DNA of 64,000 bases, taken from positions 62,001 to 126,000 of the forward strand of contig MCFE01000045.1 of assembly GCA_002104905.1 (NCBI GenBank). Reading direction: 5' to 3'. The position numbers and the translations under genes are program-made. Source of the stretch: Basidiobolus meristosporus CBS 931.73 (taxonomy: Eukaryota; Fungi; Basidiobolomycota). Below, one piece after another: positions 38,801 through 48,808 of this stretch; within the stretch, counting starts at the first letter, position 1; each line of letters begins with the position of its first letter. The notes beneath the pieces were generated by a model. That model was not told where the DNA came from. It saw nothing but the letters and a program-made list of their open reading frames with translations, and made no database searches.

Positions 38801-39790
38801 GTGGACAACCTAATTATAGCTACAAGTGATCAAGAGGCACTTAAACAGACAAAATCAGATCTCTTCAGCAAGTTTGAGATGAAAGATCTTGGAAAATTGA
38901 GCTATTTTCTTGGAATTGAGGTCAAATTTGACATACCTACGCAGAAAATTGTGCTGAATCAGTCTAAGTACATCAGGGACATTCTTAGACGCTTCAAAAT
39001 GGAAAATTGCAAGCCTGCAGCAACCCCTATGGACAATAACCTGAAAATAAGCAAATCTCAGCCAGTTTTAGATGAAAACGGCTCAAATATGGACCAAAAC
39101 TTTCCCTATCAATCAATGGTCAGTAGCCCAATGTACTTGATGGTGTCTACACGTCCAGATATTGCAGTAGCAGTTGGAATAGTCAGTCAATTCATGCAGA
39201 ATTATGGATCAGATCAAATTGCAGCAGTTAAGCGGATTTTCAGATATCTACAAGGTACCATAAATATGGTACTGGAATACTCTGGAGCAGCTAATAGGCA
39301 AAAATATGATGGTTATAGTGATTCAGATTGGGGTAGTGATCTGATTGACAGACACTCTACCACAGGCTATGTATTTCTTTATGCTGGTGCAGCTATTACT
39401 TGGAATTGCAAGAAACAACCAACTGTGGCACTATCTACAACTGAAGCCAAATATATGGCTGCATGTCTAGCAACTAAGGAGGCTATATGGCTACAAAAAT
39501 TATTCAAAGACTTAGGTTTTAATTCAGGTGAACCAACGTGTATTTACAAGGATAATCAAAGTTGTATTTCATTAGCTAGAAATCCTACTAATCATGCCAG
39601 AACTAAGCACATTGATATACAGCATCACTTTGTGAGGGAAGCTGTAGAAAATAACTTAGTAGAGCTGGTTTACTGCCCAACTGACAAAATGGTGGCAGAC
39701 ATATTGACAAAACCACTAGCTAGGCCACAGTTTGAGATCCTTAGAGAGAAATTGGGATTAAGAAATTATTTAGTTGAGGGGGAGTGTTGA
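35873..39790 (+). CDS. gag-pol: Copia gag-pol polyprotein, 1305 aa (open frame; RT and RNase H catalytic substitutions)
   Basis: CNYCKKPGHWAREC knuckle, WYIDSGAS protease, HRRLGH/CKGC plus D-D-E integrase, RT with YVDN instead of YVDD, RNase H YSDSDW...TEAKY...DNQS...ADILTK. Confidence 0.93.
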   Translation: MTSTSKQSNTNIFPVKERFDGKNYRLWRIKMQIHLEERKLWNIVTGKEVEPKGTAEDVEKFQEKERKAFNAICINVQDSFIGQIHASNTAKAAWESLEKIFRAKSVSSKLYLKQKFFNMRKKPDDDMLQLITRMETLAEELYSINAGVDDEEKILCLLCSLPDKYEPLILSFESREDNLTLDYVKGRLLHEELRRNDQAEKIEDNALFSSEGHTEKKGKQQNQRKPGCCNYCKKPGHWARECKKKQADKKQKLEQANHITTDEQLFVTVQESESNRSNEWYIDSGASQHICGIKDWFSNLKTIPVRKAYLGDNSALEATASGSIQLNMSDNSGATTAKLTDVLYVPGIAKNLLSVSKATTQGLKFAFTKLSCSILSENGQKLASGIRDHNIYKLQCKIIVPEYVNIAETDETNWETWHRRLGHIGEQKMSQLVKNQLVLGLKYSILIKLNVCKGCSYGKQARQHFKSSEGINTTKILAIVHSDICGPMRTLSFGAKRYFMTFIDDKTRYTRVYFLKTKDEALETFKHFKNMAETQTGCKLKVLQSDNGGEYCSKEFAKYCLSTGILQQTTVPHTPQQNGVAERANRTIVEMGRSMLHDKGMDYKFWAESVATAVYIKNRCPTTALRDSTPFEAYTGKKPDLQHLRIFGSDVFYHIPDKKRPKLEQKSRKGIFLGYCEDTKGYRVYDGKIQKLIKSRDVVFEENSDQKATEIIGQLPDDAINTNEEDTYQIQPEMEDTSTSSRSEQIIPVRRSTRIRNAPGSWWQTSNDHEEAYLALCAKPQNLEQAMQGPDATKWQQAMQEEYQSLNKAKTWELVDLPNGRKPIGCRWVYKIKITSNGAVDKYKARLVAKGYSQIQGLDFKETFAPVAKFNSIRTVLALAAVHSLDLHQMDVKTAFLNGDLQETIYMEQPEGFTNPKSPHKVCQLRKSLYGLKQAPRAWYNKIDTYLEEIGFSRSTADHSIYVKQLKKGVIILVLYVDNLIIATSDQEALKQTKSDLFSKFEMKDLGKLSYFLGIEVKFDIPTQKIVLNQSKYIRDILRRFKMENCKPAATPMDNNLKISKSQPVLDENGSNMDQNFPYQSMVSSPMYLMVSTRPDIAVAVGIVSQFMQNYGSDQIAAVKRIFRYLQGTINMVLEYSGAANRQKYDGYSDSDWGSDLIDRHSTTGYVFLYAGAAITWNCKKQPTVALSTTEAKYMAACLATKEAIWLQKLFKDLGFNSGEPTCIYKDNQSCISLARNPTNHARTKHIDIQHHFVREAVENNLVELVYCPTDKMVADILTKPLARPQFEILREKLGLRNYLVEGEC
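39776..39784 (+). other. Polypurine tract GAGGGGGAG
   Basis: Immediately precedes the 3' LTR. Confidence 0.85.
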
Positions 39791-40689
39791 AATATTGGAC
39801 TATTTGGTATCATTCAGCAGCTAAAAATTTACTTAACAATTCTAGGCTAGTCTTAGTCACTGTAGGACTCATTTACTGCCTTAACTTTGCCACTTTCTCC
39901 AGATATATGATCTTATGATTATTCCCCTATAGTCAGGATCAAATTAGCACTATTACCCAAACAATATGTACTAACCCTGAAACTGTTACAGAATGCTCCT
40001 GAATATTGAGAAATGCTCCCTACTTAGTGTTGCAGCTGTATTACTTCTACAAAGGTATAAATACTGAGCTTCTTTATGAATAAACAACAGTTCAACTATT
40101 ATCACTATTTCTTGATAAGTTCCTTATATCCAAATCACTTCTTAAATTGCAACAGTACTAAAACAACCAATTCCAGGATGTTTATAGACACCAATTCAGA
40201 CAAATTAATGTTGTAAGTTCCTCTAGACCACAATTATCATAGTTTTGCTCAGATTCTGTCTTGAATTTTGGTGGACATATGACTGAGTTTTTATTATCAT
40301 ATGATAAGATTTTAGTGCTATTCTTGTCTACATCAAACAGAACCTCTGTAGAATGGACCAGTTTTTTTACTCTAGTACTTCAGAGCCAGTATGCCTCACA
40401 CTTAATACCAATGCCCCAAATGAGCATTTTATACTTTTAGCTCAAGTTTTATTGATTTCAAGGCTGTTTCTTGGCATATGTTCTGCAATCAATTATCCTA
40501 GGGTGCTCTGTACTAGACTTGTATATATATCATATCTCAGATTTGGTAGAACCTCAATGTACTGCTGTAAGTGCTATTCTCAAATTACAAAGCTATAGCA
40601 AATGACCCAACCCAAAATCCATAATATAGTTCTTGGTTATAGATCATAGGGCTTGCTATGTCAGCTATGGATTATTTTGCATGCTCTAC

Positions 40690-40900
40690 CACTTCATTTT
40701 GTTGTGGAGATTATTATAAATGGGTCTCTTGCTTTATCAAATAAGTTTGCAAAAGTGGATGACAAGTTTGAGATATATTCTGCCCCATTTTCACAGGGTG
40801 CTTTCTTGGTTTCTTGACTGATTCTTCCCTCCACCATGTCTTTAAGTTCCCTGTACTTAGACAGAGCTCCTTGCTTCTGTTCCATGAAGTAGATTCATAT
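40690..40900 (-). pseudogene. Short degenerate copia B integrase fragment
   Basis: ORF 40694-40885 (MEQKQGALSKYRELKDMVEG...ENGAEYISNL) resembles MERKEESLSKLREFKAMVE...DNGGEYTSKL. Confidence 0.6.
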
Positions 40901-41225
40901 AGAGCCCACCATACAAGTGGTACAGAGTCAACATTTTAGGTGTGCATTGTTGGGCTAAAACAAGGCACTGGGCTTGTGTATCAGGCTGTTCATGTGGGTT
41001 GATATGAGACCTTCATCAGTTGTTTACACTTTCACAGATTCCATCACATTAGTTCTCCACATCACTCCTAATACTCCTCAGAATATTGTAACCAGTAATA
41101 AGCCCTGAGCTTGCTGGCCTCTTGGTGTCTATCTTGCCATGGATGCTTTTCTGCTAGTCTGGAGAAAGACTTCCCACACTATTGCCTTGCCAAAGTTAAA
41201 GATGACTACCACTGCTATAAGGACT

Positions 41226-41436
41226 AGACTTGTTCCATCATTCCAGCTGATCATAGTGCCCAATAGTGCCATAGCATGCCAGATGGTGCCTGATCATGCC
41301 GCAGAGTGCCAGATGGTGCCATACAGTGCCAATTTGGGATCAAAATTGACATGCATATCACCCTAAAATATTAAATTAATAACAAAATATACAGCACTTT
41401 CTGGCACTATGATCAATGGCACAATGAAACAAGTCT
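41226..41436. mobile_element. MITE (211 bp) of the AGACTTG-terminus family
   Basis: AGACTTGTTCCAT...ATGAAACAAGTCT with TSD ACT/ACT, and eight 10-bp units ending in TGCC (41251-41330). Confidence 0.88.
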
Positions 41437-42789
41437 ACTATGTTCAGGAGGATATTGCTGTGAAGAAGGCTGTTACTTCAAAAGACTGCCTCAGTAACTA
41501 CTCAAGCTGGTTATAAAGGAGAGTCTATCAAGCTGACATGAAAATTTGTCAAGAGATATAATACATTGGTGCACTACCACTACTGAAGAAAATTGCGTAA
41601 TTCCATCAGTTGAGGGTTCAGATCCACAATGAAATATATTGCTATATGTATTCATATGACCTCAATTGGCTGTTAGACAGGCTTTTGGATAGGGTATTAT
41701 CCTGAATTGTAAAAAAAATATATATATCATCATTGAATGATTGCCAGAGGAAGATTTTACCAACTCTGTTGCTGCTCAAAACAAGGCTGAGAATGCAAAT
41801 ACTGGAGCTGTTAACCGCCATTTTGGACTACCTATCAGTAGAAAAAGATCTCAGAAACAAGCTCCTTGAGTTGTAAGGATCCAGATGATATATATGCAAT
41901 ATATATCCATCTGGAGTATGGACATGTACTACACAATGTAGTGGAAGAATGCTATATTTGTATCAAGTGTTTTGATACTGAAACCCATATACCTGGAGCC
42001 AAATATGGAGCTGTAAGATGTGCTATCACTCTGTTGAAGTCTCAAAACAGTGGGAGAACGTATTATACAAATTTGGCAAAATCCATTCAAGAGGATTCTA
42101 CCTCCACCCAGAGAGAGTGAAGCAAATGATTACAAGCCTGATAGAGTATACAACCATGCAACAGTTGGCCAGTATACAATTGCAAGCCACTCAGAAGAAA
42201 ATATAGTGCTTTATACTTGTTATATATATATATCACATATTAAAGTAGAAGAAAACACCTGGTGACATTTGATTCTCTGGATCAGATTAGAGGAATTGTG
42301 ATTGATCAAGTCACTACTGAGCTCTGCAACTCAAAAAGCTGATACATTGGAGTCTGATACCAAAGCATTGACAAAACTAGCTTGCAAATGCAGTTAATTT
42401 GATCAAACTTGGACAACTTTACCAAAGTTATGATAATCCAAGTGGATGCCAATTTTGACTATATTACTCTCAAATCGTCAAATATTCTGAGCAAATGATG
42501 TCATGAGGTCTTCTATGCTCAAACACATCATGATCCCACCTGTAAAAGAGTCCAGAGCCATTGCACAAAAGAAATTTCCCTTGTATCATCAGCAGAAAAA
42601 AAAAAGAAGAAAATGGGAAAATACTACTACTGCAAATTAGGGTACTTCCTAAATAAAACCATAGCCTAAGTAGGCGCTATTTAACTATCTGGCAATGAAG
42701 ATATGCTCCATGGAGCCTCTTGTGCATAGTTCCCAAGCTGGAAACCCAGAAGAGCCTTGAAACTTCAACAGGATCTGTTAGATACTATA

Positions 42790-45700
42790 GTTGACATGGA
42801 TGTACCAGCACCACATGTATCAAGGAAAAAGTGTAGTACCACTCAAGGAGGACTCAGTCAAAGAAGCTGTGAAGGACCTGGCAATGATAAAAACCAGCAG
42901 CTCTTACAGGAGCCTGTCACAACTACAGTTGATAGCTCAAACAAGTGGAAAACAAATGTCAGGCTGCCAGAGGAGTTCCAGCAAGCAACAAGAGGGCAAA
43001 AACAAATGCGTCAGAGCAGAATTTATCCAGGAGAAAATGTTGCTCATTACAAGAAGCACTCAGACAAAGTAGCAGTGAATGACCTTGCAGTGATAAAGGA
43101 AAAGGTAAAGGGAAAGATGTCTACCCAAGCCTGAGACAGGGAGTCATGCAAAAAAAACTGCAGTTGTGCCAATTAATGCTGCAAGCCTGGATCAGACTGA
43201 ATCCCATCATAGCCAAGAAGAATTACCAACAAGAAAACAGTTGTTTTTACAAGAGTTGGAAGTGCAGCCAGTTGGGTTACACTCCAACAAGGTGGATGAG
43301 TTTGCTGAAAAAGGCAATTCGTCCACCACAGCCTCCACATCTTACATTGTTGACAGAGTGGAGATCCCACTGACCAACAAGGCTGTAACATCAAGAGCTC
43401 AAAAGACTATCATAATGCCTTCAGAGGAATTTTGGAACATTGGTAGGCACACCAAGAGGTTGTAGCACTTTTTCAGGAGCAGTGCTCAAGAAAATGCACT
43501 GGACTATGCAAGGATTTATTGCAAAGACTGTCAGATGAGGTGCTTGCCATTGCAGTGCTGGCTGAAGACCAGGACATGTGGGAACCAGTGAATGTGTTGT
43601 AAAAATTTGTATTTCCACCTAAATATTCACCTAACTTAGTCACTTAGATCATCACCTTCAAATCCTAGAGAATACTGACCAAATTCCTTGTTGGGATTTA
43701 TTAAGAATATTTTCACCAAAATACCAGGTACCCAGAACATGAAAATTTTCAAAGTTGTCCAAACAGCCCCAAACTTTGCACACATGTTCTTGGGACCTTC
43801 CTTAGCCTATTCTACGTGTTTGTAATGCCAAGACCAGGTAAAAGTATAAATACTACTTTTACATTCAATAAATCATTAAGTGAAAACCACATAATCTACT
43901 TGTTCTCCAAATCACTTCCAATATCTCCAAGACTCTTACAACAGGTTATGAACCCCAAGCTGTCACTCTCTGCAATGTTTACTACTGTTATTACTGGAAT
44001 TTTTCCCTCTGCTGAAAAGTTGGATGGATCTAACTACCAAGTGTGGAAGGTGAAGATGTAGATGCTGCTACAAGAAAGAGGCCTTTGGGATATTGTCATG
44101 GGAGAAGAATGCCCTCCTAAAAACGTGGGAGAGGGAGCCTTAAAGTACCAGAAGAAGAACAAAGTGCCTTTAACTGCATTTGCCTTAATGTCAAGGACAA
44201 ATTGCTAATTCAATGCTCAAGAGCAAAAACGGCAAAGAATGCCTGGAAAGCATTAGAAGACACCTACCAGTCATGTTCAGCTGCCAAGAAAATGTATCTG
44301 AGACAAAAATTCTTTACTACAAAGATGCTGCCAGGAGAAGAAATGAAAAATCTAATTAACAGAATTACCCTGCTGGTAGATGAGATGGAATCTGTGGGCG
44401 TACCAGCTACTGATGAGGATGTGATAGTTACCATCCTGAATAGCCTGACAGACAGGTTTCAGGGCCTTGTATCAGCCCTAGAGTCCAGAACTGAAGATCT
44501 GACCTTATATTACGTATATGGAAGGCTCCTGGATGAAGAATTAAGAAAATCAAGCGCCAATAAGAAGGAAGAAGAAAATGCTTTAACAAGCAATGACAAC
44601 CAACAAAGGAGGTACCCAAGACCCTACAAAGGCAACAGCAACCTGTTTTGTAAATACTGCAAAAGGAAAGGACACACATCAGACCGGTGTCTCAAAAAGA
44701 AAGATAATCAGCAAAAGAAGCCTGAATATGGAAATGCTGCAACAACTGAAGATACACTATTCATATCTGCACTAAATATGACCACAAGCAAGGATTCTCA
44801 GATGTGGTATATTGACTCTGGAGCATCTTAACACTTTACACACCAAAAAGAACTTTTTACCCAATATCAAGAAATTCCAATTAAGAAGGTTTTCATGGGT
44901 GACAATAGAGCACTTGATGCAGTGGGAGAAGGAACTATCCAAGTAAACCTTAGAAGCAGTGAAGGAAGCCATACACTGACCTTTAAAGAAGTACTCTATG
45001 TACCAGAAATAGCCAAGAACCTACTCTCTGTAAGCAAGGCCACAGCAGAAGGACTCAGTTTCAGTTTTGACAATTCTGGATGCAGGATCACTGATCAAAA
45101 TGGTGCTCATATTGCTTTGGACATCAGAGATCAGAATCTATACAAGTTGACTTATATTCCATCATATCTGGAAGCCAATATAAGTAACTTAAATGAAGAA
45201 ACACCAATGCATTGGCACAGGAAATTTGGACACATCAATTTTGATTATTTGCGCAAAATGATCAAAGATCAGCTAATTTCTGGAGTGAAAATTGATCCCC
45301 CAGCTAATTTGGAGCACTGTGAAGCCTGCATATATGGGAAACAAGTCAGACAACCATTCAAGAGCTCTGGGTTAATCAAAACTAAGAAAAAATTAGATCT
45401 AATTCACTCAGTTCTGTGTGGACCTATGCAAAACTTATCCTTAGGTGGGATGAAGTACTTAATCACCTTTATTGATGATTATACAAGATACACATGGGTC
45501 TACTTCATGGAGAGAAAGGAAGAATCTCTGTCTAAGCTCAGGGAGTTTAAGGCCATGGTGGAGAGAGAAACTGGTGAAAAAATCAAGAAAATACGCTCTG
45601 ACAATGGTGGAGATTATACCTCAAAACTCTTCATCCACTTCTGCAAAATTCATGGGATAATGCAAGAGACTACTGTACCATACTCCCCACAGCAAAATGG

Positions 45701-48700
45701 AGTAGTAGAACAAGCTAACAGATCAATAAATGATATGGCAAGATCTATGATCCATGATCAAAAATTATCCTATGATTTTTGGGCGGAATCAGTTGCCACT
45801 GCTGTATACCTTAAAAATAGGAGTTATAACAGAATACTTTGTGATTCTACTCCATTTGAAGCATGGTATGGATACAGACCAAGTGCAGAACATCTAAGAA
45901 TATTTGGGTGTACAGCATATGCCAAAAAGCTGGCCGGAAATCAGTCAAAATTTGAGCCAAAGAGTGTAAAATGCATATTTTTGGGCTACTGCAATGAGAG
46001 TAAGGCATACAGACTCTACAATACCAAAGCAAAGAAGCTTATCAAGTCCATGGATGTGTTGTTTGATGAAAATTCAAAATTTTCACAAAAAATGACATCA
46101 GATGATGACAAATATTTGATCTCAAGTCCACCAATTGTCAGGATTGAATCAGAGCAAAACAATGAAAATTTTTCACTCCAGAGGACTCTACAACTGTGGT
46201 TCAGCCGGAATCAGTGCCCAGGAATATCCCAGAAGTGATCATTCCAGAATCAAATGTCCAGAGATCCAATTGGACAAGAAATAGCCCAAATTACTATATC
46301 AATGAGGGTACAAACTTAGCCTATGCCTATTCAGTCCATGTTGATCAACCCCAGAGTGTAAAAGAGGCCCTAAATAGCCCTCAGACAAGGTTTTGGAGAT
46401 CTGCAATGACTGAGGAATATCAGGGACTGATGGAAAATCAAACTTGGGACTTAGTCAAATTACCAATCAACCAAAAATCAATTGGATGCAGATGGGTCTT
46501 CAAGACAAAATACAAGGCTGATGGTACAACTGAAAGATAGAAAGCAAGACTTGTGGCCAAAGGATACTCTCAAACAAAAGGACTTGACTATACTGAGACC
46601 TTTGCACCGATAGCCAAGTTTAATTCCATCAGATTAATATTGGCTATTGCAGCCAAATATAAGTTTTTTATTCATCAAATGATGTAAAAACTGCATTTTT
46701 GAATGGAGAACCTTGATGAGGACGTTTATATGGACCAGCCTGATGGGTTTGTTGACCAAGATAACCCCCATTTGGTCTGCAAGCTTAAAAAGTCACTATA
46801 TGGTCTCAAACAATCACCAAGAGCCTGGAATTGCAAGATAGATTCTTATTTGGAATCTTTGAGTTTCAAAAGGAGTAATACTGACTATAGTATATACTAT
46901 AAGCCAGATAGAGCAAATCCAGTTCTATTAGCTCTATATGTGGATGATCTTATTATAGCCGCCAATAACCTAAAAACATTGGAAGAGACTAAATCCAGCC
47001 TATCTAAGGAGTTCAAGATGTCCAATCTAGGAGAGCTTAGTTACTACTTAGGGATTAAGTTCTCCATAGACAGAAGTACCCAGACTATCACCCTAAGCCA
47101 ATCCAAGTATATTCAAGATATACTAAAGAAGTACAAAATGATAGACTGTAAAACGGCAGCTACCCCAATGGAGACAAACCTTAACTTGGTCAAAACTCAA
47201 CCAAATTAAGAGAGCTTGGTGCCATGTGAAAGCCCTGACTTTCCTTATCAATCTATGGTCAGCAGTCTGATGTATATAATGCTTGGAACACGTCCAGATA
47301 TCTCATATTCAGTGGGAGTTGTCAGCCAACATAATCAGAATTATGGATCTGATCATATTGCAGCAATTAAGCGGATTTTTAGATACCTAAAAGGAACTGC
47401 TGATATCTGCTTAAGATACACTTATAAGGATTCAGATCAGGATCTTGTGGGATACTCTGATGTTGATTGGGGACAAAATTTGGAAGACAGAAGATTCACC
47501 ACAGGATACACCTTTCTTTACTGTAAAGGAGCAATTTCATGGAACTCAAGAAAGCAGCCAACTGTAGCACTTTCTACTACAGAGGCAGAGTATATGGCAG
47601 CCTGTGAAGCTACAAAAGAAGCAATGTGGTTAAGAAAGCTCTTTACAGATTTAGGCCTATGTCAAAAAACTCCTATTACTTTATTTCAAGATAATCAAGG
47701 ATGTATACAATTAGGTAGAATTCCAACTTTTCATGCTAGAACCAAGCACATAGATATTAGACATCATTTCATACATGAAGCTATAGAGAATAACTTAGTT
47801 AGCTTAGTTTACTGTCCTACAGATGAAATGATTGCAGACATATTTACCAAGCCATTAGCTAGAGACAAGTTTGAATATCTTAGGTCAAAATTAGGACTAG
47901 TCAGTATGAACATTTAGCTGAGTGGGAGTGTTGTAAAAATTTGTATTTCCACCTAAATATTCACCTAACTTAGTCACTTAGATCATCACCTTCAAATCCT
48001 AGAGAATACTGACCAAATTCCTTGTTGGGATTTACTTAGAATATTTTCACCAAAATACCAGGTACCCAGAACATGAAAATTCTCAAAGTTGTCCAAACAG
48101 CCCCAAACTTTGCACACATGTTCTTGGGACCTTCCTTAACCTATTCTACATGTTTGTAATGCCAAGACCAGGTAAAAGTATAAATACTACTTTTACATTC
48201 AATAAATCATTAAGTGAAAACCACATAATCTACTAGTTCTCCAAATCACTTCCAATATCTCCAAGACTCTTACAACAGAATGAACAGTGGCATAAAGCCG
48301 TTGGGTCCCCACCAAAGTTGTGGAACCAGAACATTACAGCAGAAATACTTATTGAGTGGCAGCTTTAGTGGAGTTACTTATTGAGTGTGAGGTTGGGCTT
48401 AATGTTAGTGTAGGGTATACGGACTTGTATAACATGATACAATTGGCAACTAAGGTATAACTGAAGCTTCAATGGAAATAAATTAATCTGACACATCAAC
48501 ATAAGTGAAACAGTTGAGTCAGGAAGTAAGGAGTGTGAAAAAGAGGCAATAGCCAATCAATGCACACAAGCATAGGAGGCAATAGAGTGCCTGGGATCAG
48601 AAAGTGAGCAAATTGGCAGGGAATCAATCAGAAGCCACTTATACAATGTTATGATGAGAATTTTGACTAAGTTTTATGTGAAATCTGGGGTGCAATTACT

Positions 48701-48808
48701 TTCAATGGTCTCTGGACAGTGTCCTGACAGGATCAGTACCTCTTAGTCAAGGGACTTTAGCTGTGTGATGGCCTTTTGACAGGATCATCTCAATAATTTC
48801 TCATAGGG
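42790..48808 (+). mobile_element. 3' part of CACTA second gene, its 3' region and the element terminus, interrupted by copia B2
   Basis: ORF 43166-43465 and continuation 48278-48360 match 14155-14650 inverted. The terminus TTTCTCATAGGG ends at 48808. Confidence 0.7.
43595..48277 (+). mobile_element. Ty1/copia family B, copy B2 (4683 bp, several stops and frameshifts)
   Basis: 349-bp LTRs 43595-43943 and 47929-48277 (about 6 differences), TSD GAATG/GAATG, PBS GGTTATGAACCC, PPT GAGTGGGAG. Confidence 0.95.

Larger units (their letters stand above)
35467..40154 (+). mobile_element. Full-length Ty1/copia element, family A (4688 bp)
   Basis: 370-bp LTRs 35467-35836 and 39785-40154 differ at 4 positions. 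TSD GTACT/GTACT, PBS and PPT present, single long ORF. Confidence 0.97.

Noticed and set aside
39785-39790. Family A ORF ends inside the 3' LTR and encodes the PPT
   Set aside because: This is a common arrangement in compact copia elements.
41251-41330. Periodic repeats as a possible CRISPR array
   Set aside because: 10-bp period with no spacers, inside a TIR element in a eukaryotic context, and no cas genes.
41866-42120. Cys/His-containing ORF (HLEYGHVLHNVVEECYICIKC) suggestive of a RING or zinc finger
   Set aside because: Spacing is incomplete, the ORF is short, and there is no supporting homology in the window.
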